Notes under the pieces: generated by a model | Seen by the model: only the letters and a program-made list of their open reading frames with translations | Told to the model about the DNA's origin: nothing | Databases searched by the model: none | Assembly: GCA_002256025.1 (NCBI GenBank) | Contig: NKIB01005371.1 | Span: 1-64,000, forward strand | DNA: 64,000 bases | Origin: Asterionella formosa | Lineage: Eukaryota | Direction of reading: 5' to 3' | Made by a program: the position numbers and the translations under genes | In this document: positions 24,332 to 37,936 of the stretch, in pieces | How the letters are laid out: every line of letters begins with the position of its first letter | How positions within the stretch are numbered: position 1 is the first letter of the stretch

Positions 24332-24830
24332 TACCGGTACTACATTTAGCGTCTCGGACCCAGTGCTACATAGTACCGTCTACCTGGTACCTATACCGAC
24401 CAGGTTCCACTGAGCGAGAAATATACTGAGAAGACATACAAATGTATTTGTAAGGTAGATTCTTGCTATAAAGCGGTACTGGCAACTGGAGGCATGATAC
24501 CAAGGTACCAGGAACCAACATGAATCACCTGGTTCTTCTGGCACCAGGTACCTGGTACCTGACTTGGTATCGTCGTTAGTAGCCCGTTGTGCAGGTACCT
24601 GGTACCAGGTCAGGTAACCCACCTACGGATACCTGAGTAAAGAATGTACCGGTAGTCTGCATGTACGGTAGAGTACCTGGTAGGGGTACCTTGCACCAGG
24701 TACCTGCAAGTTGCGTTCATTTTGATCTGGCAAAAAGATAGTTTCAGCAAAATTACCGCAACTTGCTGGTGCCAAGTACTGTAATTATGTATCATACTAG
24801 TGGTACTGGTACCTGGTACCTGGTACCGTA
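24332..24830. promoter_or_regulatory. Dense TACCWGGTA motif cluster upstream of ispG
   Basis: Many copies, including ACCAGGTACCTGGTACC (from 24543), ACCTGGTACCAGGT (24597-24610) and GGTACTGGTACCTGGTACCTGGTACC (about 24802-24827). Confidence 0.55.
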
Positions 24831-24943
24831 CTAAATAAGGTGCATGATCCGTTCAGATTTTCCGACGACTAACTCGACAAAAGTACGTTTGATGATTGCC
24901 TTCCCTTAAATTTATTCTTCAACTTGATCGCTTCCCTAAGACG

Positions 24944-27399
24944 ATGGTGAAGTTCCCTCTCGCGACGCTCATTTTGAGCGCAGTGTCCCTCGCCCCAGAT
25001 GTCAGTGCATTCGCAGGTATCTATGGCGAAAAATCTGGTTTTGCAACTTGGTTAAGAATGGTAAGAAACTCAACCGTAATGTTCGTCCCTTTCCAGCTGG
25101 AAGGGCCTTGCGCAGTAAGGATCTGCTACCTGTCTACGAGAAATATCTTTCCCATTTGATCTTTGAATGTTTAGTCGAAAGGACTTTCTTCAGTGACTGG
25201 TATCTCTCAGCGAATGGTGTAGAGCTCGCAGCGTTTCCTAACAGTTATCCTTTCTCTCTGCAGTCCTCTACCTACCCCACCCTCGCAACCGACATCGCTT
25301 GGACGCCTTCGATTAAATCCGGAGATCGTGAGCGCATCCTTGGACCAATTGAAAAATACTGCGAAGATTTGTACACTGTCACTCGACGCAAAACCCGTAC
25401 CGTGGAATGCGGACCTATCAAGTTTGGTTCCGATCACCCTATTGTTCGACAAACGATGGCCACAACCAACACCGCTGATGTTGATGCCACTGTCGAACAA
25501 GTTATGCGATGTGCCGATAAGGGTTTCGATTTGGTTCGTATCACTGTGCAGGGAAGACGCGAAGCTAACGCCTGTCTACAAATCCGTGAAAAGCTCTTCA
25601 AAAAGGGATATGACATCCCTCTTTGCGCCGATATGCATTTCCAGCCAAAGGTTGCCATCGCTGTCGCTGAAGCCGTCGAGAAGATTCGCATCAACCCTGG
25701 AAACTTCGCTGATGGTACCAAGGATTTCAATGAAAAGATTTACGAGACGGAAGAAGAATATTTCCAGGAGCGCGGATACCTGGTCGAGGCCATGATTCCA
25801 TTGGTACAAAAATGCAAGGAATTGAATCGTTGTATGCGTATTGGAACTAATCACGGTTCACTTTCCTCCCGTGTTCTTTCTTTTTATGGTGATACGCCCC
25901 GTGGTATGGTGGAGTCTGCTATAGAGTTTGCTGATATCTGCCGTAGTCAGGATTATCACAATTTTGTTTTCTCCATGAAGGCTAGCAATCCTTTGGTTAT
26001 GGTCCAGGGTTACCGTCTTCTAGCTGCTGAAATGTACCGCCTTGGATGGGACTACCCTATGCATTTGGGTGTGACCGAGGCTGGTGAAGGAGAAGATGGA
26101 CGTATGAAGTCTGCCATTGGAATTGGGACCCTTCTCGCAGACGGCATCGGAGATACTGTTCGTGTATCATTGACCGAGGACCCTGAGTTCGAATATGAGC
26201 CTTGCAACCGATTGGCCGAAATTGCCTCCACCCGTTTGGCTGCCACCAACCCCACTGCTGCTGCCAGACAGGCTAAGGTCACCCCCTATGTCGATACACG
26301 TGATATTACTGCTTTTGCCCGACGACAGGGGGCTCTTCCTGCCCAGAAAGAGAGTGATACTGTCGACGTTAGAGGGTTCCTTAACCGCGATGGGTCTGTA
26401 ATCAGCGTGGTCTCCCCTGAAATGTTTTCAAAGGAGAACGCCCCTTATTTGTATCAGGAGTTAGGCTGCAAGACTGCCGTTGGCATGCCTTTCAAAGATA
26501 TTGCCACAGCTGACTCTATATTTATGAGGACTATCCCTCCTTCCAGTGACACAGCCGCCAGAACGGCCATTCGCAGATTGATTGATGTCAATATGGGTGT
26601 GGTAGTTCCCGCTGAAGAGTTGGAGAAGGATCCTATTCCTAATGCCGTCGCGTTAATGCGCCTGACTGATGCTGCTGCCGGAAAAGCCCTTCCAGCGGGT
26701 TCAATTCGCTTCGGGGTTGCCGTTGACGGCACTGAAGACGATACCACCATAATTAAGATCAAGGAGTTGCAGCCCGCCTTCGTGATGCTCAGACCTGATG
26801 AGAGTGTGTCTCATTTGCATGCATCTCGCCGTGTCTTCGAAATATTCAAGGCCAACGACATAGATACGGCTGTGATTCACCACTTTATTACCGATACTGA
26901 TGACTCCGGTGAACTTGCCTTGCAAATGGGCACCAAGATTGGATCTCTCCTTACTGACGGCAATGGGGATGGTGTCATGGTCGAACAGACTGGAGCCACT
27001 AAACCTTTTTCTGTTGATTTTTTGAGAAAAACATCGTTTTCTCTTCTGCAGGGAAGTAGAATGAGGAATACAAAGACTGAATTTGTCTCATGCCCATCGT
27101 GTGGCCGTACTCTCTTTGATCTACAAGAGACAACAGCGAAGATCACCGAAGCTACTGGGCACTTGCCTGGTGTCACAATTGCCGTCATGGGATGCATTGT
27201 GAATGGACCTGGCGAGATGGCTGACGCTGACTTTGGATACGTTGGAACTCTTCCCGGAAAAGTGGATTTGTATTACGGAAAGGAAGTTGTCAAGAAAGGT
27301 ATTAAGAACGAAGAAGCTGTCGATGCTCTCGTTGGGCTGATCAAGGAGTACGACATGTGGAAGGACAAGGAAGTTGAAGAGGAGGTCGTTGCTGCTTGA
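24944..27399 (+). CDS. ispG: (E)-4-hydroxy-3-methylbut-2-enyl diphosphate synthase (HDS/GcpE), plastid MEP pathway; exons 24944-25060 and 25264-27399
   Basis: Motifs RINPGN, RIGTNHGSLS, HLGVTEAG, GIGDTVRVSL, SCPSCGRT, AVMGCIVNGPGE. Exon 1 encodes a signal peptide plus SA-FAG. GTAAGA...CAG intron 25061-25263 joins in frame. Confidence 0.97.
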
Positions 27400-27557
27400 T
27401 AATTTGAGAATATATCAATGGCGCTTAAACCGTAATCTTCCAATAGACTATTGCATGTATGCATATTATTTTGTATAAGTGCTCATGTTGAAGTGAATCA
27501 TCTTCTTTTTCCAAGTTTATTCGTGATCAGCATGCGTCCTGAGTACAACAGCTCAGC

Positions 27558-28414
27558 CTACAGCCAAGAAACTATACAAGTTATGTTGTCCGTACTACCT
27601 CGTCTCATTGCTTCATCCACCAGAAACTGAGAGACATCTTCCTTTTTCTGTCCTAGATCTCTCCAATTTGCGACAATTTGTACGACTTCATTGTCCGAAA
27701 GGACATCCCAAAGACCATCACAAGCCAAAATGACGAAGTCCCCAACAGTAGCCTCCATCGAATTGACATGAGGCTTGGCAGTCACGAAGCTTTTGAACGA
27801 ATGGTCTCCCAAGCTCCGAGCAACTGCCAATATTCCCATGACTCTCCCTCGAACAACAATCCCCCCCGCATTGGTAATTCGATCTATTTCTGTTGGATCA
27901 TCGGCTCTATGGTCATGTGATAACCGGTACGCTTGATTATTACGACTCAGGACCACTCTAGAATCTCCTACGTTGGCAACGTAGAGCAAAAAATCCCCCG
28001 TGCAAACATTTTCCTTGATCAAACATATTGCGACTGTTGCTCCCGACGTTAAAATGCCCATCTTCAGGGATTGAATATCCGTAATGAGAAAGGCTCTTTC
28101 TAGCCGTGTTTCCATCGACGCGTCGTCGTCGTGCCCCAGTTCTATCGCCACGTTATCCACCAGGGCTTCTTCTAAGAAATCAACAATGCCTCTACCTGTG
28201 CAGACAGTCATTCCACTCTACTAAGTGAGCACAGTGTGATGGAGCACGTCCATGGAATATGAATGTAAAACGTACCGCCATGACCATCAAAGACCCCAAG
28301 AAAGTGCACGTTGGGATCCTTGCAGTTCCATGTTCCCCCTTGATGCACTACGTGGACATCCTCCATCGTGGATCTCCTAATTGGGTTCATCTCTTCTGCT
28401 GTTGACACAATCAT
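27558..28414 (-). CDS. PP2C-family phosphatase (compact, soluble); exons 28414-28276 and 28195-27558
   Basis: Motifs RSTMED, FDGHGG, ANVGDSR, LAVARSLGD, LACDGLWD, GSTDNIT. GT-AG intron 28275-28196. Confidence 0.93.
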
Positions 28415-28923
28415 TGTCAAAATTGAGTTTTCTGTGTTGCGGCGTGAACAATTTTATTTTATATTTGAAACAAACCGCCAGGATTTATGTATGCACCGGT
28501 ACATTTACATACATACCGGTTGCTATACAAGACATTACAGATACAAAAGTTAAATATTAATACCGCTGGCTGTACTAAACATATTTAAATCAAGGGACCA
28601 TGGCATGTATTAATGCATGTAATTGATACACGAGCCGAAGTTATAATTATCTTATATTTATATATCTGTGCGTATCATCGCAATAGAGGCTAGCAATGAT
28701 GCTTCATAAAATGGGCAGTCGCAACATACATCGCCTGCTCGCTCCAAGCAGCACACGTGCGAAAATTTGGGAGGCTTGCCTGCGGTAGAGTGATCTTTTG
28801 ACAGCCCCCCTGCCTCTGAGCGAGTCCATCATGTTATCAAAACAACGGTCTAATAAGTGGTTCGATGATAGCCAGCACCACCGTCCTCGTCCTCCATATC
28901 CCTTGAGCTGGTTCTCTGTAACG

Positions 28924-29391
28924 ATGGCAGCGCCTCCGGAAGTTCCTGGAGTGGCAGATCCAAAGGTCGGCGCTGGGATCTTGATTCGAACGCTTAAAAA
29001 GGGTGACGAAAGCCGACGGTTGAAGAATGGCAATACAGTTCTGGTGAGTAACAGAACTACATCATGAAGTGTACATCATGAACCAGCACTAATTTTTGCT
29101 GTTGTTATTTATTTTGAACGCTGAAAGGTTCATTATGAAGGTTTCTTGGAAGATGGGACAAAATTTGAATCGTCTAGGGATCGAAATCAACCGTTGTCGC
29201 TCAAGTTGGGTCAATTTCATGTAATGGAAGGATGGGAAGTGGCATTGGCGAACATGCATGTTGGTCAAGAAGCTGAAGTTACCATTCCTCATCTCTATGC
29301 GTATGGTGAGCAGGGATATCCACCCAAGATTCCGCCTCGATCAACACTTATTTTTCGCATGCAGATACTAGAAATCTTGTCCATAAAATGA
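28924..29391 (+). CDS. FKBP-type peptidyl-prolyl cis-trans isomerase; exons 28924-29043 and 29128-29391 (possible upstream start at 28831)
   Basis: VHYEGFLEDGTKFESSRDRNQP...VMEGWE...AYGEQGYPPKIPPRSTLIF. GTGAGT...AAG intron 29044-29127. Confidence 0.93.
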
Positions 29392-29808
29392 CACGGCAAC
29401 GTGGAGTAATTCCTTCCTACCGACAGCTGAGCACTGCAGAATGTCATTTCTAACATCAGGAAGGAGCTATCTTGCAAAATTATACAACGGGATGATTACC
29501 TTGAGCGCGAAGGTGCCGGACCTAAAAGAGGAGCATCGAGAATCAGAGAACTGTCACTGTGGCAACACTGACTAGCCAGACTAGTGTTCGAATGAAGGCA
29601 ACGTTTCATATTGATCTACAACGATGTTTGGCAAGCTCCTAGAGTCAGTCTTTGACTACGCCAATAAATCAGGGTCAATTTTTTCGCATGAACTATTCAA
29701 TCATATCGTTCCTAGACTTCAGAACACGGATGTTGTATTCAAATCAGATACGATCACTTCGCATCATTACTCCGCCCCTCTTTTCTCACTGAATACCCAA
29801 CTGTTCTG

Positions 29809-30592
29809 TCATCCACTTCTAAAGTTGTTCCTGATACTGCTGCTTGCATCCAAGTTGGCACCTCCAAGAGACTCTCCAAGTCGTCGGTGGTAGTCGTCAA
29901 CAAGACGATGCAAAGTCTCTGTTTCACGATGAAAATCACACGCGTCCATCGCAATAGCGGCGGCATTCTGCTCAATTAAGAGCGGACACTTGGATAAAAT
30001 GTAATCCACATCCATCTCATATTCAATATCTTGCTTGAAACGGGCCACCTGCTGAGGAATGGTAAGACGACTGCCATGTTCTTTCCGTTTGTTGTCGCTG
30101 GCGGCAGTCTTTTCTTTGCGTTTCTTGATGACAACTTGAGCACTTCTAACGGAAGCTTCTCGCTGTTGGATGCCTTCTTTCATATCATTATTGAGTTGCG
30201 ATAATTTGTTGCGCTTGGAAAGTAGCTCTGTGTGCTGAAACTGAACCTGCAACCATCATGTCAGAACTTGCTTCCACAAGCATGATGTATCCAACCTTGC
30301 AATTCGTCGGACTCACCTCTCTATGGAGCCTTTCAACTTCTTTCTCGATACCTTTCAACTCCTTATTGGCATCATCTGATCCAGATTTACTTATATGATT
30401 TAGCTTATCTTGCATATCATGGATTGTCTTTTCTGTCGCTTCCTGTTGTTCTTTGGCAACTCGAAGGCGTTCAACAGCCAACTCCTTCTTCCGATGCAAT
30501 TCATCACGCTCGCGACGAAACGCAGAAAGAGCACCATGGAGCTTATCTACAATCTCCTCTCGAGCATCTTGGTCAAAAGATGCAGATAACAT
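29809..30592 (-). CDS. Uncharacterised coiled-coil protein; exons 30592-30317 and 30246-29809
   Basis: Heptad-rich E/K/Q/L sequence. GTGAGT...CAG intron 30316-30247 joins two ORFs in frame. Confidence 0.75.
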
Positions 30593-31264
30593 GGTAGATC
30601 GGCGAGTTGAGTTGAGGAGGAGGACGATGATCAAGTGGAAATGTAATGCTGCCACAGTTGCGGACGAAGACCACGTTTGATTTTTTGCTCGCTCTATTTC
30701 TTCCGTTAGAAATGTTCGTGTTTTCCGGGTGTGTTGATGTCCGCCCTTTGACGCTCTTTTTATTTTATCTTTTATATACCCGTCCATTTGTTTACACATA
30801 CTAGTATTTGTGTACAGGCCAACCAGTATGCAAAATAAGGCTACATCTATTCAGGTATGATTATTTTAAATAACTGGTATGACGTATGACTGATATTTTA
30901 TTGATATACGACCTGTAGTACCTGGCACACGTTCCATCATTTCAATTTTTTCTGATTTAATAACTAGCATGGCTGGAATCATGCTCAGAGTACATATAGT
31001 ACCCACCGATACCCTAGTATGATAGATGTTTAGCAACTTTATGGATTAATCAAATACATTCAATTAGTTAACGTTATGTTGACATGCATACAACAACATC
31101 AGTGATTCCTCAATCAATCAACATTCATTGCAAACTTGTAATCGAAGTCCAAGGCACATCAATGCGTCTTCATCTTCTTTAGTCTTAAGTCTTTGATTAT
31201 GACATGGCCATGCTTGGAGCACCGCAACTGTAATTCTGGTTTGAATAAGCTAGAATCAAGAGCA

Positions 31265-32000
31265 TGGTGGTACTAAGCCAATATATACAGATGAGATCAT
31301 CTAGAAAATTTCCGCATTTGGACACCTGCAATCACTTCTGCTGCCAAACATGTTCTAACACCTGCCATGAAATTCAATTTTCTTTTCTTCTCCTTCAGTG
31401 CCAGGTTCCAATATGTGCCTTTGGCACATGGGCTGCCCATATATATTCCATGCCATCCCCAGCTATTTCGGCATGGCATCTTTTAGTAGTTAGCATTATT
31501 GCCACTCCAAGTTTGGTCCCAATGGATTTCATCATGCCTTGCTCATTCAAGACGTCAGAACAAAAGGACATTAGACTGGTGTTGCTCTCTATTAGAAAAA
31601 TGCATCTTTTGGACCAATAAATGTGGAGACATTCAATCTTGCTTCATGGATCAATTGATCCCCTTTCCAAAATTAATTGAATCAACCCCTTCGATTTTAC
31701 TTCCCAGCTCTCCTTGACCCATGAAACTTGAGTCGAAGCTGGCACAATATATTCCTGATAGAGGAGCAGCAAATTGCCTTTTTCTTCCCTTAAGTGTTGG
31801 GTCCCTTTTTAGCAGCAAGATCCAAAAATAATTGGGCACGAATTCTCTGCATTTCCTTGGGTATTCCAATGATGATATCATGTAGACTTTCTTCTTGTTT
31901 GGTGAGAGTAAACCAACAGGGGCCCACATCACCAGGTTCGAATGTTAGGTGCTGCATTTGACCAGACTGTAACTGTGTTTGAAAGGACCCAAGGAATCAT
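31265..32000 (-). pseudogene. Degenerate Tc1/IS630-like DDE transposase relic
   Basis: Broken frames read LGPF..LQSGQMQHLTFEPGDVGP, LMSFCSDVLNE...LGVAIMLTTKRCHAEIAGDGMEY, LKEKKRKLNFMAGVRTCL and MRKFSR. These match the PKxHxE...IE..W..AK C-terminal motif of these transposases. Confidence 0.65.
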
Positions 32001-34282
32001 GCTTCTTGTTAAATGATTGTAGATAATAAGGCAGGTGTCATTTTTACACCAAAAGTTCTATTTATTCTGATTGAACTCAATCCATTGGGTCTATCTTTTC
32101 TTTCGCCTTGACTGGTCAAATAGATATTCAAAATTATAGGAAGTGTGCATCGCTTCTATTACATCAATTGTGTCGTCAAATTGAACACAATGTAATTGGA
32201 TGGAATCCCTATAATGAAATCCAGTTTTCTTGACAATTAAAACTTATGACTCTGGAAGTTTAGATTGCTCTGGTGTGGTTACTAATTGTACCATGTAAAA
32301 TTATTATCAGCATCTCCCTTTTCCACCAAAAATCTCCGATGGTTAGGATGTCTGTTGATTGATATGAACTGCTCAATTCATGAAATAGCAACTTCTTTGA
32401 CATTGGCTTCGTTTCCATCATACTTCGTTTTGGGAGCAAGAAGCCTCTTCACCTCACTTGAGCGACTTCCATTAATCTATATTTTTCGCCTGCTCTCACT
32501 TTTAATGTATCAGAAATTTTAATTTTTATTGCGTTGATTTTACGGCTTTAATAGAAGAGTAGTAACTTCATCTGGGTGTATCAACTTGGCTAATTGGTTG
32601 AGTGATCCTGATCCAACTTCCACATCTTTCATTCCTTCCCCGGTTCAAACTTGCCTTTACCCTACTAAAAGGCGCCTTGTGACTCTATTGTTAATGAAAG
32701 AAGCGAGATAATTGTTTTTGGGAAACAAGGGATTAGGTTTTACTGGATGATTTTGACTTGACAGTTGGCTTCATAGAACACAGTTCTATGCCACTGTGCC
32801 AGTTGAAATACTTCAACGCTTACCTTGAACACGTTATAATATTATTTCTGTAGACTCGGTATTATTTTTACGAGACTTGAAATGTTGAATTATATCGTTC
32901 ACATTTTCATTGATTTTACGTACCGTTTGCCCGATTTCGTCCTCATGACTATAGTTCTCACTCTATCGTGCCTGCCTTTGCTCTATTCGGGATTGCAATA
33001 GGCAACGTTCGTCTTTCTTTGATCCCATCGTCTGCTGCTTGTTATGATAGCTGAAGAAAATCGGTGAGTACAACAGTGAAACACTGAATGTGGATTGTAG
33101 ATCATATTCATTGGGCCGATTTACCGATTTGATTGCTTCCGTAGTTTGTTTTGATCGCTTCCATCGTTGTTTGTCGTTACGCACTGTCGTTTTGTTTCGA
33201 TTGTACATATCTACATAAGAACCAATGCATTTATCAATGACTACTCATTGAAGATGTGGTATTTTGCCGTTGTTGATCGTATTTGTTGATTTGTATAGAT
33301 GTTGACAATGATGTCAATATTGCTGCCAACCAATTCTTTTCTTGTACTAACGCACTTTGCTACATTTCTACTATGAGTTCGTATCACAAGCTGCATAAAT
33401 ACTCAGCTAGAGAGAGTCAATAGTGCTGGAGCAGCGTGGCAATCACGCTATCTCAGAATGGAATGATCAGGGTTGCTTGTTTGGTGGGCAGAGAGGAATG
33501 ACTGTGGCAGAAATACTTCTACTGGTGTCAGGCTACTACAGCGATGCGCATGGTTGCAGCAACCAGACCATTTACGCTACATAACGATGCAGGTCCAAAT
33601 TGGGTTCAGCTTTTTTTCTTCTTCTTTTGGTCTTCGATTGTGTGGATATGGAAAGTCAATGTTGCCTGTGCAAGTACTAGTACAATAATTCACAATGCAT
33701 GCGTCTCCATTGAAACTCTTATTTTTTACTTCATTTCTAACCCAAAATAGTATTTTCTATTTCTCATTTGATGCTACTTATTACAACGCATTTCATACTT
33801 TGGTTGCTCCAAACATCTTGTTCAATTTTCATTGATGTTCCATGTTACAATCATTCTAGTGTGTTTTACGCTTGTTGTACCATCTCTATGCATATTACCG
33901 TTATTCTGGTTGTCATGCTAAAATCGGCAATTTTATTGCCGAAAAATTCGATGTGCCCCATATTGCCCTTAAAAAAAATTACTTAAGAAATTACTTAGAG
34001 CCTAAAAGTTACTTAAAAGTACCCGCATGGCAAGACGATAGCTGGAGCGGGAATTGCCGGTATATGCATTGCTTACTGTTACCGGTACTTCCTTCACTGG
34101 TTGTATTCGGTGCTTACCCGATCTGGCGAATTGTTTTCAACTCCTTTAGCCGTTGCTGAGTAGTACTTATAGTTAAGTACTCCAAGAAAACATAAAATAT
34201 TACAAAGAAGGGTGATGCAAAATCTGTCGCTAGAACATCATCTTCATTATTAGCTATTATTATATTGATTCTTCGTCCTCTG

Positions 34283-35600
34283 CTACTCTTGAGCAACTCG
34301 TCTTTTTTGCTGTGCGAGCTGACTCGATTCCTCTGTTTGTCGATCATTCTCTCCTTGTGTAATTAATTCGTTTAGGCCGCGAAGTTGCGAAATTGCCAAT
34401 GGTCCAGCCATAAATCCCTTGAAACACCACAACGCCTGATTTCGATTCTTTTCCGACGCCATTCCATAGGCTACGAACCCCGAACCCATTGCCGCTACAA
34501 CGATTGCCAAGGCCGGCAGTTGTAGAAGGGTCACGGCATCACTTGGCGGTGACGCTTTGCCAAACGCCAACGCACACAGCAAGGCCGCTGTTGCTGAATA
34601 TAGTCTCAAGCCCCCTTCAATCGTCCATGTTTCGTAAGGATCCGACACAAAGATTCCAGCCTTGGCTTTTCGGGCCCATGCTTCCGAGCGCCCTCGTTTT
34701 TTCCCTTCTTCGTCCAACAATTCTGGAGTCCAATCTGGTGCAAGCTTAGGCCCAACATTTCGTTTGTCAGCAAATGGCATGACGAAGTCTTCTTCCTCTA
34801 GTCTGGGTCGTAATCGTTCTCCTTGCTTGGCCTTGCGTTGTGCTTCTTCTAGGGCTTGGGCAATGGCGTCATCGTCCATGGCCATTTTGAGGCCGGAATA
34901 GCGTGCCTGATCCGTTTCCCCTGTTCGGTCAATGACAAGTTTCGGTGCGATTTTTGCAGGTGGTCGTGTTCGGACGGGAGGAGGAATCATGTCCATTAGG
35001 GCGTAGACGGCCAAGCGACCGCCTTGTTCCATAATGGGTGTGACGAGGTGCTGTTGTTGTTGTCGTCGTGAGGAGAGTTCGAAAATGGTTTAGCAAGCAT
35101 GTACGTGAATGAATATATACAATATACTATTGATATCTAAATACCGGAAAGATGGTTCACTTACACTGTACCCATACTTAGTCAATTCGTCATAATCAAA
35201 TACATTGGATGCCTCTTCGATAAGAAATGGCTTGTTCGGTGAACCACTCACAAAATCCAGTATCTTGTTTCCTTTTGTTCCTCCAATGACTCGTCCGATT
35301 TCTCTGCGAGAACGACTTGAATGAGTGCACAAAGGAGGATACGGCCACACCCAATACATTCATAACTTACGCCTTGGCAGCGTCGTCCGCACCTTGTTCC
35401 AGTCGCTTGGCCAAATAGGCGGTCAATTCTGCCTTGAGGTCAATGCTATTACTACTGCTAGGTTCAGCAAATAGGGCACTAGTTCTTTCGGGCACATATT
35501 GATGAAATGGTGAGGCTGGTAGACGAAATGCGACCGCAAAAGTCAACAGCTGGAGGATAATGAGCCCAGTAAGTAGGGCTCCTTGTTGACACAATGTCAT
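34283..35600 (-). CDS. Uncharacterised plastid-targeted membrane protein; exons 35600-35371, 35303-35165, 35050-34283
   Basis: Signal peptide plus AVA-FRLP. Two GT-AG introns (35370-35304, 35164-35051) join in frame. Hydrophobic helices lie near the C-terminus. Confidence 0.8.
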
Positions 35601-35855
35601 GGTGGATCTGATCTGTTCGATGCTTGTTGTTGTGTGCAAGTTTCTTTGTTCGTCGCTCGGTCGCAGGCATCAGGAATGTCACCGTGTTGACTATAATAAT
35701 TGACTTGCACGACTACAAGACTGGTTTGAATCGTTCGCCTCCTGTCGATGGCAAAATGAACAGGTGCTGTGCTCACGACTAGCAAGCAAGAAGAACCATG
35801 GCTGATGCTCGGCGCAGCAAACGAGAGCAAATCGCACATCCGCCAGCCATGAGGA

Positions 35856-36018
35856 TACCGGTACTGGTACCTGGTACCACTGGTGCCGTAACTGTAGTCT
35901 AGGTACAGCCAGGTACCAGGTACCTGGTACAGCTATGTAGGACAGAGCGATGGATATTTATTATTAACAAGAGTACCAGTACCAGGTTCCCCTGGTACTG
36001 ATACCCTGGTACCGGTAC
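35856..36018. promoter_or_regulatory. TACCWGGTA motif cluster between divergent genes (35600- and U2AF65+)
   Basis: Perfect palindrome GTACCAGGTACCTGGTAC (35913-35930) and several more copies. Confidence 0.55.
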
Positions 36019-36179
36019 TACCGCGCGTATTGGTTTATCATGGCATGGCTGATGCACACACAAAACATAATAATGCGGGTAACTGCTGAGCTTCCAACAA
36101 AGCAATAGACAAACCGATAGACTGAATCCATCTGCACCATCCTTTGCCACTGCCCGCCCCTACCAGCAACAGCAGCATC

Positions 36180-37936
36180 ATGTCTGGAAGAGGACGAGGC
36201 ATCAACAATGCTCCCGCGTGGATGACGAATCGAGGAGGAGGCATGGAAGAGCGGCCCAACAGGCCTCGGTCCTCGTCGCATGAGCGAGATTCGTTCGGAC
36301 GCTCGAGAGGCCAGCCGTTCCCACCACCACGTGGACCTCCCCCTCCTTCTCGTCGTGACGACCACCGGAACCGGCGCCCACCGGATCCTCCTGGCCGCGG
36401 TCGAGGAGACGAACGGGACTATCCTCGGCACAACGACAACCAAAATCGACGACGGTCCATTAAGTCCGTGGACGACGAGCGCGCGTGGGTTGCCCAACGT
36501 AGGCGCCAACGGTTGGTACGCAAGTCGCTCTTTGACGTTCCGCCTACACCCGAACAAGCCTTGCAGGATGCGCAAGCGGCCAGCATGACCAACTTCACGG
36601 CCTCGGACTTCTCGGGAGCGACTGTCTCCATGCCACAACAGACGCGCCATGCCCGGAGACTTTATGTTGGCAACTTGCCGGAGGGCATGGCGGAAGACGA
36701 GTTGCATGCCTTGTTCCGACAGGCTATTGACCACGCATCTCCAGAGCCCTTGGCGGAAGACCCGATCCTCTCGGTATACATCAACCAGGAGCGACGCTTC
36801 TGCTTTTTGGAGTTCAAGACTGTGGAAATGACTACGGCGTGCATGGCGCTGGACGGGATTGACTTGGCTCAGAAAGGTAAGGTCAAGATCAAGCGACCCA
36901 ACGATTATAATCCAGCCATGGCTCCTGATGTGCATCCGACTTCGCTGCCAAAGCTGGACGTCAGTCGATTGGGCATCATTAGTGGGACTGTCCCGGATGG
37001 ACCCAATAAGATTTTTGTTGGGGGATTGCATTATCACCTGTTGGAATCACAGATTCTGGAACTACTGGGGGCCTTTGGAAAAGTAAAGGCCTTTCATTTG
37101 GTCAAGTCAGATCCCGATGCGGAAACTAGCAAGGGCTATTGTTTCGTTGAATACATGGATGAAGCATTGACGCAAGTTGCTGTGGCAGGCTTGAATGGAT
37201 TTGATCTTGGCGGCAACAAGGTACTCACTGCACGTATTGCCAATGCAAAGGACAACGAACTAGCACCCATGCCACAAACCATGGCAACCGGTACGAAGGG
37301 ACTCCCACTAGGAGTGTATAACGTGGAAGAATTGGTCGACGCCGCCATGGGACTCCGTCCCATGCCGACGGCACCAAGTCTAATGGGTATGCCTGCTATC
37401 CCTCTCACCCCCTCCACACTCACGTTACCCATTCAAATGCCAACGGTGGCGGCGGCTGCGGCTGCTGTTTTGCCTCCTCTTGCAGCACCGCCTGCCATGT
37501 CTGTCATGGACATTGCGAACCTTGTTGAAGCTGCGACGACGTTCAAGTCTCGCATCTTGGTCTTGCTTAACATGGTGACCGACGAAGATTTGGCGACATT
37601 ACAGAATCACCAAGATTTATCTGAAGAAGTCAAGGAAGAGTGTGCCAAGTATGGAACTTTGCTGAGTATGAAGATTCCAAGACCATCGGTACGGTTAACT
37701 TGTCTGGTTTTGTCCTGTCATTCTAAACCAGCACATGAAATCCTCTCTCACTTCAACGTTTCTCCTCACAGGACGGATACGAGCCTTCAGCAACGAAGAA
37801 GATTTTTTTGGAGTACGCTTCTGTGCACGATGCAGCCCGCGCCGAACAAGAGCTTTCAGGGCGTCAATTCGGGCCTAATGTGGTGCAGACCAATTACTTT
37901 TCAGAAGAGGACTACAGGACCAACAAGTTGAAGTAG
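36180..37936 (+). CDS. U2AF2: Splicing factor U2AF large subunit; exons 36180-37688 and 37772-37936
   Basis: RRM1 QQTRHARRLYVGNLP, KIKRPNDYNP, RRM2 NKIFVGGL...SKGYCFVEY and UHM ILVLLNMVT...EECAKYG. Removing intron 37689-37771 restores KIFLEY...LSGRQF. Confidence 0.95.

Noticed and set aside
25190..25215. TPP riboswitch in the ispG intron (CTGAGA on the minus strand)
   Set aside because: Wrong strand, and it lacks the downstream ACCTGAT...TAATG...GCG core.
25048..25263. ORF-track N-terminus of ispG (MVKNGKKL...)
   Set aside because: It is intron read-through; the real N-terminus is the signal-peptide exon starting at 24944.
36018..37037. 339-aa minus-strand ORF
   Set aside because: Antisense to GC-rich U2AF65, with no recognisable motifs.
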